DNA of 64,000 nt from Candidatus Poribacteria bacterium (GTDB lineage Bacteria > Poribacteria > WGA-4E > JAJDTR01). Below the pieces are notes generated by a model that was given only the letters and a program-made list of their open reading frames with translations, had not been told where the DNA came from and did not search any database. Positions 39,387 through 49,336 of the stretch are shown here, one piece after another. Numbering within the stretch: position 1 is the first letter of the stretch; each line of letters begins with the position of its first letter. Where the stretch lies: NCBI GenBank assembly GCA_965222225.1, contig CBDCTK010000002.1:5504001-5568000 (forward strand), in the 5' to 3' direction. The position numbers and the translations under genes were made by a program.

Positions 39387-40244
39387 CTACTCCTTTCGTG
39401 TCTTGACGGCGTTCTTTGCTTCAGTCGCAAGTCTTCCCGCTTGTTTCGCCAGTCGTTTCGTCTCCGTAATCTGTCTCATAATCGCACGGTTTGACCAAGA
39501 AACGCCAGTCACGTAGCGAATTTCTTTTTCGTCTGTGACTGTTGCGTCCAGCGCCTCGGCACCCAAATAAATCTGCAATCCGCTGTCTGCTGTATGGCGC
39601 ACTCCCACGTTCACGCCTCTTCCATCGGTCTCAAGGCATAGGGTCAATTCTCCCTTCGCGAAACGTGGTTGGAAATCCTTGCTAATGCCGAGAAAGACAC
39701 CGTTTAATACCTTGCCGATACCGAGGTTCTCGCTGAATCGGTTGATCCCGATTCCAATATGTCCCGAAATCTGATGTACACGCGGCAAATTGAAGATTTT
39801 GCTGATAGCAAGAAATGCTGACTTTCGCTTGTACTGCGTCGGATTAATCAGCTCTTGTTTAATCTCATCTCCAATGTTTTCAACGCCAACTGCCACGTTT
39901 GGCACTTTCCCTTCCTCGCTAAACAGCAGCACCTTGAGATTTGCCATCAGAAAACTCTTTTGATTGAGCCCTACGCTGGTCATTCCGACCTCAACCCGAT
40001 CGAAAAAACCGAAATTTAGTCGGATTGCCACTTCCTCGCGTGGAATCCCAGCCCTGTTCAGGAAAGCGAAATTTGTACCCACATCAATGTTCCCATGTTC
40101 AATGACCGCACCAGTTGGAATATTCATTAGTCCACTATCGCGGAAGTATGGTGTAGCTAATGGCGGAGAACACAGGGAAAATAGCACAAGCAAACAACAA
40201 CATTGGGATAATCGACAATAGTTTCTAGGATATGTTATCATCAC
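39387..40244 (-). CDS. YjbH-like outer-membrane beta-barrel protein
   Basis: Signal peptide, SGLMNIPTG, FDRVEVG, PNVAVGVENIG, alternating beta-strand pattern. Confidence 0.6.
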   Translation of the reverse strand: MMITYPRNYCRLSQCCCLLVLFSLCSPPLATPYFRDSGLMNIPTGAVIEHGNIDVGTNFAFLNRAGIPREEVAIRLNFGFFDRVEVGMTSVGLNQKSFLMANLKVLLFSEEGKVPNVAVGVENIGDEIKQELINPTQYKRKSAFLAISKIFNLPRVHQISGHIGIGINRFSENLGIGKVLNGVFLGISKDFQPRFAKGELTLCLETDGRGVNVGVRHTADSGLQIYLGAEALDATVTDEKEIRYVTGVSWSNRAIMRQITETKRLAKQAGRLATEAKNAVKTRKE

Positions 40245-40921
40245 ATTTTCTCTCGGATTTCAACCCCTGATGTAGTGCCAATAATTGCCTTGTCGGCTCG
40301 ACTGACAAATAGTCCATTTTCGACAACACCAGGGAGATTGTTGAGTTGTAACTCAATTTGTGCGGGTTGCCGAATCATATCAAAGCGGCAGTCCAGAATG
40401 TAATTGCCGTTATCGCTGAGAAAAGGTTTTTCACCACTATACCGCATTGTCGATTTCCCACAAATGTTGTTGATTGCTGTTTGCGTGGCTTCCCATCCAA
40501 ATTGCAGAACTTCCACAGGCAGCGCAAATGTCGTTCCCAGCACGGACACTAATTTACTCTCATCCGCCACAATGACGAGCCGTTTGGACGCATGGGCGAT
40601 TATTTTCTCTCGTACTAAGGCGCCACCGCCTCCTTTAATCAGATTCAGGCTAGGGTCAATTTCGTCGGCGCCGTCAATGGTCAAGTCAATCACAGGGCGT
40701 TCCGCGAGCGTTGAGAGTGGAATTCCCTGCTTGGCGGAAATCGTTTCCGTCTGCTTTGATGTCGCAATTCCAGTGATATTCAATCCATCTCGTACCTTTT
40801 CCCCCAATGCGAGTAGAACATAATAAACTGTTGAGCCCGTACCTAGCCCCACAATTGCCCCAGGTTGTATCTCTTCAACAGCTTTCTCTGCCGCCATTTG
40901 TTTGAACCGTTCTTTATCCAT
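40241..40921 (-). CDS. rpiA: Ribose-5-phosphate isomerase A
   Basis: GLGTGST, DGADE, IKGGGGAL.REKI, LPVEV, GVVENGLF. Confidence 0.97.
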   Translation of the reverse strand: MDKERFKQMAAEKAVEEIQPGAIVGLGTGSTVYYVLLALGEKVRDGLNITGIATSKQTETISAKQGIPLSTLAERPVIDLTIDGADEIDPSLNLIKGGGGALVREKIIAHASKRLVIVADESKLVSVLGTTFALPVEVLQFGWEATQTAINNICGKSTMRYSGEKPFLSDNGNYILDCRFDMIRQPAQIELQLNNLPGVVENGLFVSRADKAIIGTTSGVEIREKM

Positions 40922-41170
40922 GCCGTATCCTTAATGAGTGTCTGTAAATCGTAATTCAACAGTTTACCAAAGATGGGGTAGTCCATCAATAAGGAAAAGG
41001 TTTCCAATTTGAATGTTGGGACAGGACGTGGTAAAATAGATGATTAAATCTGAGGCACAATGAGTTACTGTCCCATTCAGCCCCGTATATACAGGGAATC
41101 CAAGATTTAGGCTATAGAACATAAGTGTTATCAATACCGTTCTCTGTGAAACATACCGATCTGGTGAGTT

Positions 41171-42634
41171 ATGAAGAATGTTCTTGTCGTTGATGACGAT
41201 GAAAAAATCTGCTGGGCTTTTGAGCAATTCTTAGAAAGTGAAGGCTTTTTTCCGAGCATTGCCAACAATGCCGAGGAAGGTCTACGGAAAATTCAAGCTG
41301 AACAGCCGGATGTCATTTTTCTTGATGTTCGACTGCCGGGCATGAGCGGGTTGGATGCGCTTGAACAGATTAAAGAACTTCAATCAAATGCTGTCGTTGT
41401 CATCATGACAGCCTATGACGATGTCGAGACAACAATAGAGGCGATGCGCTTACAAGCATTTGATTTCTTGCCCAAACCAATTGACCTTGATGCAGTAAAA
41501 GCGGTGCTAAATAGAGCATCCAAGACGCAAGCTGAACGTCGCAAAATCGCAGATGGAACCACAAGCGACGTAGCATCTTCTGTAGATCCATCGGTTGACA
41601 GAGCAGGGGGGCAGGGGCACCGTTTGGTTGGAAAAAGCGAGCAGATGCGAGAGACGTACAAGCTAATTGGCGTCATGGCGAGCAACACAATCACCGTGCT
41701 TATTGAAGGGGATACAGGCACTGGAAAAGAACTCGTAGCACAAGCCATTCATGCCAATAGCTCTCGCAAAGATGGCCCCTTCATTTCAGTCAATTGTGGT
41801 GCGCTTCCCGACGAGCTTCTTGAAAGTGAACTGTTTGGCTACGAAGCCGGTGCTTTCACGGGCGCAAAGGCAAAAGGCAAACCCGGACGGTTTGAGCTTG
41901 CCGATGGGGGAACATTATTTCTCGACGAAGTGAGTAATATGAGCCCGGCATTGCAAATCAAACTGCAGCGTGCTTTGCAGGAACAGGAGATTGAAAGATT
42001 AGGAGGGACAAGAACATTAAAGACCAACGTGCGGGTTCTCGCTGCGACCAACCAAGACCTTGCCGAGATGGCCAGGCTGGGCCTATTTCGACAAGATCTT
42101 TACTATCGTTTCAAGCGACTGGCGGTTCATCTGCCGCCTTTGCGGGAGCGCACCGAAGACATTACCTTACTTGTAGATCATTTTCTGAATCTTATAAGTG
42201 CCGAACTAGGAAAGACAATTACAGGTGTCTCGGATGATTGCCTAGGACTTCTGGCGAGATATAATTGGCCCGGGAACGTGCGGGAGTTGGAAAACGCGCT
42301 CAAAAGTGCAGCGGTACTTTCACGATCTGATGTGATACTTCCAGAACATCTCCCACCGGATATTGTGAATTATGAACGCAAATCCGAATTGAACCAAGCC
42401 CAATTGGAACAGTCGCTTGAATCCATTCTGCAAGCCACGGTCAAAGAGGCATTGTCGCAAGAACGGGAGATGTTATACGACGAAGTTATAAACGCCGTAG
42501 ACTCTGCGCTTATCCGCTTGACTATTAACAAATTTGGCCAAAATCAGACGGAAACGGCGAAATTGCTTGGGATTAGCCGCACAACACTTGCACAGAGGAT
42601 AAAAAAGTTGGGGCTTGACCTCGGAAATTCATGA
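41171..42634 (+). CDS. NtrC-family sigma54-dependent response regulator
   Basis: Receiver (VVDDD, LDVRLP, KP), GDTGTGKE, ESELFG, GAFTGA, LFLDE, WPGNVREL, Fis-type HTH. Confidence 0.95.
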   Translation: MKNVLVVDDDEKICWAFEQFLESEGFFPSIANNAEEGLRKIQAEQPDVIFLDVRLPGMSGLDALEQIKELQSNAVVVIMTAYDDVETTIEAMRLQAFDFLPKPIDLDAVKAVLNRASKTQAERRKIADGTTSDVASSVDPSVDRAGGQGHRLVGKSEQMRETYKLIGVMASNTITVLIEGDTGTGKELVAQAIHANSSRKDGPFISVNCGALPDELLESELFGYEAGAFTGAKAKGKPGRFELADGGTLFLDEVSNMSPALQIKLQRALQEQEIERLGGTRTLKTNVRVLAATNQDLAEMARLGLFRQDLYYRFKRLAVHLPPLRERTEDITLLVDHFLNLISAELGKTITGVSDDCLGLLARYNWPGNVRELENALKSAAVLSRSDVILPEHLPPDIVNYERKSELNQAQLEQSLESILQATVKEALSQEREMLYDEVINAVDSALIRLTINKFGQNQTETAKLLGISRTTLAQRIKKLGLDLGNS

Positions 42635-42992
42635 GGTGTACGAAGTGTAGAACTAACTCGGTTAAATCCTTGTTTGAAAATCTATTTGAATAGTACCATA
42701 TAGCCAAAAGCTCCTACCCTACATGAAATCTGCAGTAATCAAATCTCCGATTTCCCATAATATTTTCAAAGCTTGCAGCAATCGACGTAAAAGACATAAA
42801 AAAGCCCACTTTTCAAACGACCAGATGGATTTGCCACCCGTTAATCAAACAGGTTCTAAGCATCCGACTTTTGTGTTTCGATAAGTAATCGCCTCAGGAC
42901 AAAACTAGCTACGCCTAAAGAATTGACTAACTCCAGTAATCCGTACACCCATCATTTTCGGAAAACCTGCCTGCCCGTTATGGAGCATTCTC

Positions 42993-44750
42993 ATGTCATT
43001 AGTTCGTTTAGATCACATAACTAAATCGTATGACCCCTATCTAATACTAGACGATGTATCTGTGGCAATTGAGCGAGGTGACAGGATTGGACTAATTGGC
43101 AAGAATGGTAGCGGGAAGACAACACTTATCGAAATCATCGCTGGCATAATCCAAGAATTCAAAGGATCGGTTTTTACTTCAAGGGGATTGCGAATCGGAT
43201 ATCTGAGCCAAGAACCGAATCTCAATCCAACCTGTACGCTACGCCAAGAAGTTCTCAAGGTTTTCCGAAATCAACAAAACCTTGAGGATGAAATGCTACA
43301 ACTGAGCGAAAGAATGGAACACGAAGAGAATCCGGAGCTTATAGACGAATACGCGAACTTACAGGAACAACACGAACGCATGGGGGGTTACGATTACGAG
43401 CATCAGATTAGCCGGACGCTCAGTGGTTTGGGTTTTGGGGCCAATGATTTTCATTTGAAAACTCGTATGTTGAGTGGTGGGCAGAAGAGTCGTGCGGCGT
43501 TGGCGAAGCTGCTTCTCGAAAAACCGGATCTTCTTCTACTTGATGAACCAACGAATCATTTGGACATAAAAGCAATCGAATGGTTGGAGAACTTCCTGAA
43601 TTCGGAATACGACGGCGCTGTTTTGATTGTTTCTCACGATCGCTATTTCCTAGACCGAGTCGCGCGGAAGATTTGGGAATTGGACGACCATCGAATTAAG
43701 TTGTATCGAGGAAATTACACCAAATATCTTGAAATCAAGTGCTTGGAAGTTCTGGAACAGGAACGCAATTATGCGAATCAGCAACGTTTTATCGCCCACG
43801 AAGAGGAGTTCATACAGCGGAATATCGCCGGACAGCGCACGCGCGAGGCACAAGGTCGACAGAAGTTGCTCAATAGAATCGAACGGGTCGAAAAACCTGG
43901 CCATAATCTCCGGTCGATGGGCATCCGCTTCACGCCGGATACACGTGGCGGAGATGACATTTTGCAATGTCGAGATTTGGAAATGCGATACGGGGATAAA
44001 ATGGTGTTTCGGAATTTGAATATTGAAGTTTATCGCCGAGATGTCGTTGGAATTATTGGGCCTAACGGTGCAGGGAAAACCACGCTTTTCCGTTTGATTC
44101 TTGGGGGATTTGAACCGACGGACGGTCAGCTGAAGATTGGAGCCAACCTGCATTTCGGATACTATGACCAGGAACTTAAGGGGCTCAACCTTGGAAACGA
44201 GATTCTTGACGAAATTTGGGAACTACGTCCAAAGCACACACAGGAAGAAATCCGAAACTTTCTTGGACGTTTTCTGTTCTCTGGCGATGAAGTGTTTAAA
44301 CAGATTCGCCGCCTGAGCGGAGGTGAACAAAGCCGCATCATGCTTGCGAAGCTGCTGCTGGAAAACGCAAATGTGCTCTTGCTTGATGAACCAACAAATC
44401 ATCTGGACATACCTTCCTGCGAAGCGCTTGAAAAAGCACTAAGTGAATATCCTGCCACAACCTTTATCATTTCCCATGACCGGTATTTGCTGAACAAGCT
44501 TGCCACGAAACTATTGGTTTTTGAGGACGGCACTGCAAATCTGTTTGTCGGAACGTATGCGGAGTATGAAAACCATTTACGCGAAGAAAATCAGCTGACA
44601 ATAAAGAATCAGTTGAAACCACGGAATGCGCAGAAAGGAACAGGGGTACAGAAGGGAAAAAACGAAAGGGTACGTACCGCCTCAACATCAAGAAAATCCT
44701 CTAAATCAAAGCGGCGAAAGATAAAGGCAGAAAGGTTGGTTGATGTGTGA
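42993..44750 (+). CDS. ABC-F family ATPase
   Basis: Two ABC domains (GKNGSGKT/LSGGQ/DEPTNHLD; GPNGAGKT/LSGGE/DEPTNHLD), no transmembrane segments. Confidence 0.95.
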   Translation: MSLVRLDHITKSYDPYLILDDVSVAIERGDRIGLIGKNGSGKTTLIEIIAGIIQEFKGSVFTSRGLRIGYLSQEPNLNPTCTLRQEVLKVFRNQQNLEDEMLQLSERMEHEENPELIDEYANLQEQHERMGGYDYEHQISRTLSGLGFGANDFHLKTRMLSGGQKSRAALAKLLLEKPDLLLLDEPTNHLDIKAIEWLENFLNSEYDGAVLIVSHDRYFLDRVARKIWELDDHRIKLYRGNYTKYLEIKCLEVLEQERNYANQQRFIAHEEEFIQRNIAGQRTREAQGRQKLLNRIERVEKPGHNLRSMGIRFTPDTRGGDDILQCRDLEMRYGDKMVFRNLNIEVYRRDVVGIIGPNGAGKTTLFRLILGGFEPTDGQLKIGANLHFGYYDQELKGLNLGNEILDEIWELRPKHTQEEIRNFLGRFLFSGDEVFKQIRRLSGGEQSRIMLAKLLLENANVLLLDEPTNHLDIPSCEALEKALSEYPATTFIISHDRYLLNKLATKLLVFEDGTANLFVGTYAEYENHLREENQLTIKNQLKPRNAQKGTGVQKGKNERVRTASTSRKSSKSKRRKIKAERLVDV

Positions 44751-45107
44751 GAAGGTCGTAGAATAGTCCCAAATAGGATTTTGTCTGTTCACAGCCATCT
44801 GTGGAGTCCGCAAATACGCACGAAGTGGTTACGAGTGAGAGATTCCGGCTACTGCAGTTGGACGAAGAGTTATCCTACATGCGTAAGGTAATTCGCCCAT
44901 AGGACCTCGCTTCAAGACTAGATACGACGCAATATGAACCCCGCTTGTATGCCTTCCCATCCGAGGGTAGACACCGATTTGCACGTAATGCTTTTACTTA
45001 GAAGGTTAGCGTAACGCTGAGGAAAAAGAGCTATGTGATGAACTGATTTCTATGGCTCCGAACATTATGCACGAATCGAATTAAGACTTTGTCGGCGTGG
45101 AGAATGA

Positions 45108-46408
45108 CTAGTACAATTTGATTAAGATGGCAATCAGCCCTATTATGATGATTACCATCACCCACAAAATTGCTTTGTAGATTTGGGACAAGGCAGAAGA
45201 CGTATGTTCTTCAATCAGTTCCCGCATTTTCTGTGATATAGCTTGTGATATAGATTTCATCTCCCCTTCCAAGCGTTCCAAACGTTTTTCAGTTCTGAGG
45301 CCCACATCGTTGATGTCGTCTAAGGTCATTTCATAAAGTCCATCAGAATCTAGAAACCATTCGGGGTGTTTTTGTTGAAGCGCTTCGCATTTCGAGTCGA
45401 ATAACCGGTATACTGCCCCAATTCATCATTAGAATCTCGCTGATATTCCCAACAGCACTCCCTTAGTTCATCCCGGAGATCTTCTCTGGTATAGGGGTAG
45501 TCACTTGCTAGTGCGGCATTGAGAAATCCCTCTTTGTCCTCTTCGTACGCTTTTCTTATTGCGTCCGGTGTGATCCGACCGGGTATTTTGCTATTATCTT
45601 GTAATAGACTGCGTAGGGCAAAGCGACAACTGCGGAAATATGTAATTTCATACTCTTCATAGACTGATTCATCTACATCCCACCTTTTTATCAATGCAGG
45701 TATATTCATATCATCAGGGGCTTGTGGAATATCCACTTCTCCGTATGGGGCGAGTAAGTCCCCAAATTGCGACAACACGCGTGCCGACTGCGCATTGACC
45801 GGGAGAATTTCAAACAATTTCCAAGCAGCTTTAAATGTGCTATCGAACGGGGTTATCCAGTCGAACTCATAGAGTTTCCTTCGATTCCGGTACGATGATG
45901 GACAAAGGCTCTGATTTGAACTGCTGCAGTCTACTGCATTGAACCATTGCTCGTCTGTTAACTCGTCAAAAGGTTCTTGTCTATCGTACAAGAGGGTTAA
46001 CAAACAATGGTCAATGGATTCGTTTGAGAGGAGAAAAACTAACATCTCGAGATTGTCATCGAATGACTGAAGGAGTCCTCTTAAAATCTCAGAATCTTTA
46101 TCAATCCAACGGACCAGTAACCCGCGTCCAACTGAGGGCCCTGCCAACACTGCCTGCTTGATTGTCTTATCGCTGTTTCTAAAAAGGTTCATTGCATCGT
46201 CATCAAACAGTGTTGCATACAATGCCAAACCGAGATTTATTACAGGTTCATCGCGCTTAATCAACACATCTGCAATGTCCCGATGAGCGCCGCCAAAAAT
46301 TCTAAAGTTAGGCTTCTGTTCTCTTAACCACTCGAATACGGTGTCTGGAGATGCATGAGTGAGTCGGTACACTTCAAAATGATTTTCAAATATGAGATCT
46401 TTTTTCAT
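45108..46408 (-). pseudogene. Hypothetical ~433-aa protein with C-terminal membrane anchor, split by one frameshift near 45415
   Basis: Shifted frame reads VYRLFDSKCEALQQKHPEWFLDSDGLYE directly into MTLDDIND... of ORF 45108-45329; a GGGG run lies near the junction. Confidence 0.6.
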
Positions 46409-46733
46409 GATACTAGGTTAGAGAATTGAGCTCTTCGTTGAGTAGGCGATTTGACAATCGAGAATAGCCTCGCACGGGCATTTGGTTGCGGCGATCGGAC
46501 TTGAAAATTTGGACCTTGACAAATGCTCTCATAAATTATCACCATTGTCAAGCAAAAGCATAGCCATCGCTAGATGCCCTAGGATGGCTAGTGCGTCTCT
46601 CCCCCAATATCGCTTCCTCACATCACAATTTCAATTGACGTTGTCAGAATAGACTAAGTTATTTTCGACAAGGAGAATAGTCGTTTGATCGCGGACTTTC
46701 ATCAAAAGCGTTCTGCTGTCTGCCTTAGCTCTA

Positions 46734-49128
46734 TTATAATCTGTTCTTGGCGCACTGTATTACCGTGATCTCTTGCTCGGCATATCCGTCTGCGCCCACG
46801 ACAAGGCGATAGATTCTTGGGGAAAATCCTTGGAAAATCGCTTTTCCACTTAGATCTGTGACGAGCCGAAGTGTCCCATCTAGGGCTATTGTCGCGTTGG
46901 TAAGCGATTTCCCTAATGCCCGGTCAATGATGCAAACTTCAAGCCGTGTTTGTGGTAGGTTGGCTTCCCGAAAGAACTTACATGTACCGAGAAAGATGGA
47001 GTAGGCCTCCTCCACAATTCGCGCGTGGGAACCTGCGATTTCGAAGGCAGAGTGATTGATTGACCGAATCTCTAACGTTAATGCAATTTTATTTGTAGAC
47101 CGTATCTCGGGCGAATCCGGATCCTGCAAGGTTTCATTTGACGTTTTGCTATCACCGAGAACAAGATATTCGAGAATAGATTGAACATAACGCGCTGCAA
47201 CCTGATTACCGGGATAGTGCGTTGCGACTACCGATGGACCATGGTTAGTCCGATTGCCATGATCGATCCGCAGATAGTATCCATTTTCCTTAATTGCATT
47301 TAATGCCGCAACGCGTTTGGAGACCGCGATTTTTTGGTCTTCTTTGCGAATAAGATACACCCTTGCGCCAGCAATTTTTAGCATTTCACTCAACGCATTG
47401 ACTACAGCAAGATTGACTTGCGCCGTCCCCGGAGGCGTTCCTCGTTCAGTCCCACCGTACCGAGCGTCGAGAACGAAGACCTGTCCAACGAGTGATTCCT
47501 CACAGATTGGATGCAAACCCGGATGAATAACCAACGCCCGGTTTGGCAAAACTTCTTCCTTCATTTGGAGATTGTAATAACCGGCTTTTGACACTAAGAG
47601 TGACGTCTCTCCCGGGGACACGTGATTGTAGAAAAAATGCCCATTGGAATCGGTCGCTGTAATTCTTTCTTCACCTTTCATCAGTCGTATTGTGGCGTCC
47701 CCAAGCGCGCTTCCAGTTGCATTTCGGACCCTACCTTGGATAATTCCGCCTTGGATTTCCCAAAACCGACCGAGATTGTTTCCTGCTTATCTTTGTAAAC
47801 TACCTTGACCTGCGCAGTGCTGGGCTCTCGTATCGCCGGATCTCCATGGAGATAGAATCGGGCGATACCATTTTTAGACAACTGAACCGTTTCAGTCGAC
47901 CTCCCTACCGTTGTTTGAGCATGAATTAGTTCATCGTTCGCAATTGGCTGGTCGTCACTATCATATGCGGCAACGGTGATACCCACATAGCTCTCACCAT
48001 CAGGCGGTATTGATTTTGCCCACGTGCTTACTTGTAATTGTGCTGCGGGTGGCGCAATCTTAAACCACTGCGTTGTAGGCAAGTTGTGATTGCCGTAATA
48101 GTTGACGAGGCATGTCTCAATCCAATGCACACCATTAGACAGTGGTTCTGTGGGTGTGGCCACAATCAAGTCACTATCTCGAAGGTATCGGTGTTGTACA
48201 ACAACCCCATCAAGTTTGACGCGAATGGAGTCGGAAAACACCTGCTGTCGTTTAATAATCCATGCGCCGCGTGTATGGATGCCATCCGAAATACTTATTT
48301 CGATTTTGGGAGTCTTGTGTTCCGTGGTGGATTCCGGGGCAGGTGCCTGCAAAATTCCCTGTGGAAATCCAGCCGCGACATAACGCACAATCCCCAAGAA
48401 ATAGCCGTATGCCTCACGACGGTTGTACGATTTTTTTCGCAGACGTCTCTCCTCTTCTGGGTTAGAATAGAATGATGCTTCGCAAACCACCGCAGGGGCT
48501 TTTGTCAACCGCAGAACACCAAAACCTGACGGGTACCATAAGCTGGTCAGAATAAAGCCCGGTGGCAGCAAGTTGTGGCAGTCGTAGCGCTTCAGAAACG
48601 CCTTGTTGAATGTATCGAGCAAGGTCAAGGCTGGTGGGTGAATCATCCGCATCACGATGATACCACGTGGACGCATAGTTAGTCGTGGGAACGTCAATAG
48701 AATTGTGATGAATCGAGATGAAGAAATCTACCTCGTGCAGGTTCGCTATCTCGCTGCGTTCCGTGATACTTACGTAGGAGTCATCTGTTCGTGTCATTAC
48801 CACAATAGCTCCAGCTTGAGACAGAAAATCTCGAAGATAGAGCGCGGACTCGCAGATTCACCTCCGCTTCACGGAGTCCCGTTGGGCCTCGCTTATACTC
48901 CGACAGGTGCCCTTGTCCACCATGCCCAGGATCGAGACAAATCTTGGTGCCTTGAAGATACCGGGCGTAAGGCGGAATGCCAAATTCCACCTTTGGTAGT
49001 TCATGCCAATTGTTCTGCTTGTGTCCGCAACCGGCATTGGCAATAAGTGCGATTGATACAGCCAAGGCAAAACGCCAGAGATAATCCGGCGGTAAGAAAA
49101 CATTCAAATTGAAACGTAGTTTGCTCAT
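46734..49128 (-). pseudogene. N-acetylmuramoyl-L-alanine amidase (Amidase_3) lipoprotein, ~797 aa when three single-base frameshifts are repaired
   Basis: Lipobox ANAGC; DPGHGG, EAEVNL, ISIHHN, CEASF spread over four ORFs; indels at ~48846 (+C), ~48532 (+C) and ~47759 (-1). Confidence 0.85.
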
Positions 49129-49336
49129 GGTAAATTGTTCTGCTATCTCTAGAATTAATCATCAAGCTCCGCGATGCATGTCACACAAATCGGTTGTTAA
49201 GAAAATCAAGGCATTCGCCATAACATGGCAAGAACCGATGACTTTATGGACAATCTTCCTGTGAACGTTCTATTCTGTTGCAGAACCTGGGCGCGGGCGT
49301 TTTACATTAGAACGTAAATCTGTACAAAACATTTCA

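Noticed and set aside
46734-49128. Programmed frameshifting or phase variation of the amidase
   Set aside because: Three separate indels in 2-3-nt runs; no slippery heptamer or long simple-sequence tract.
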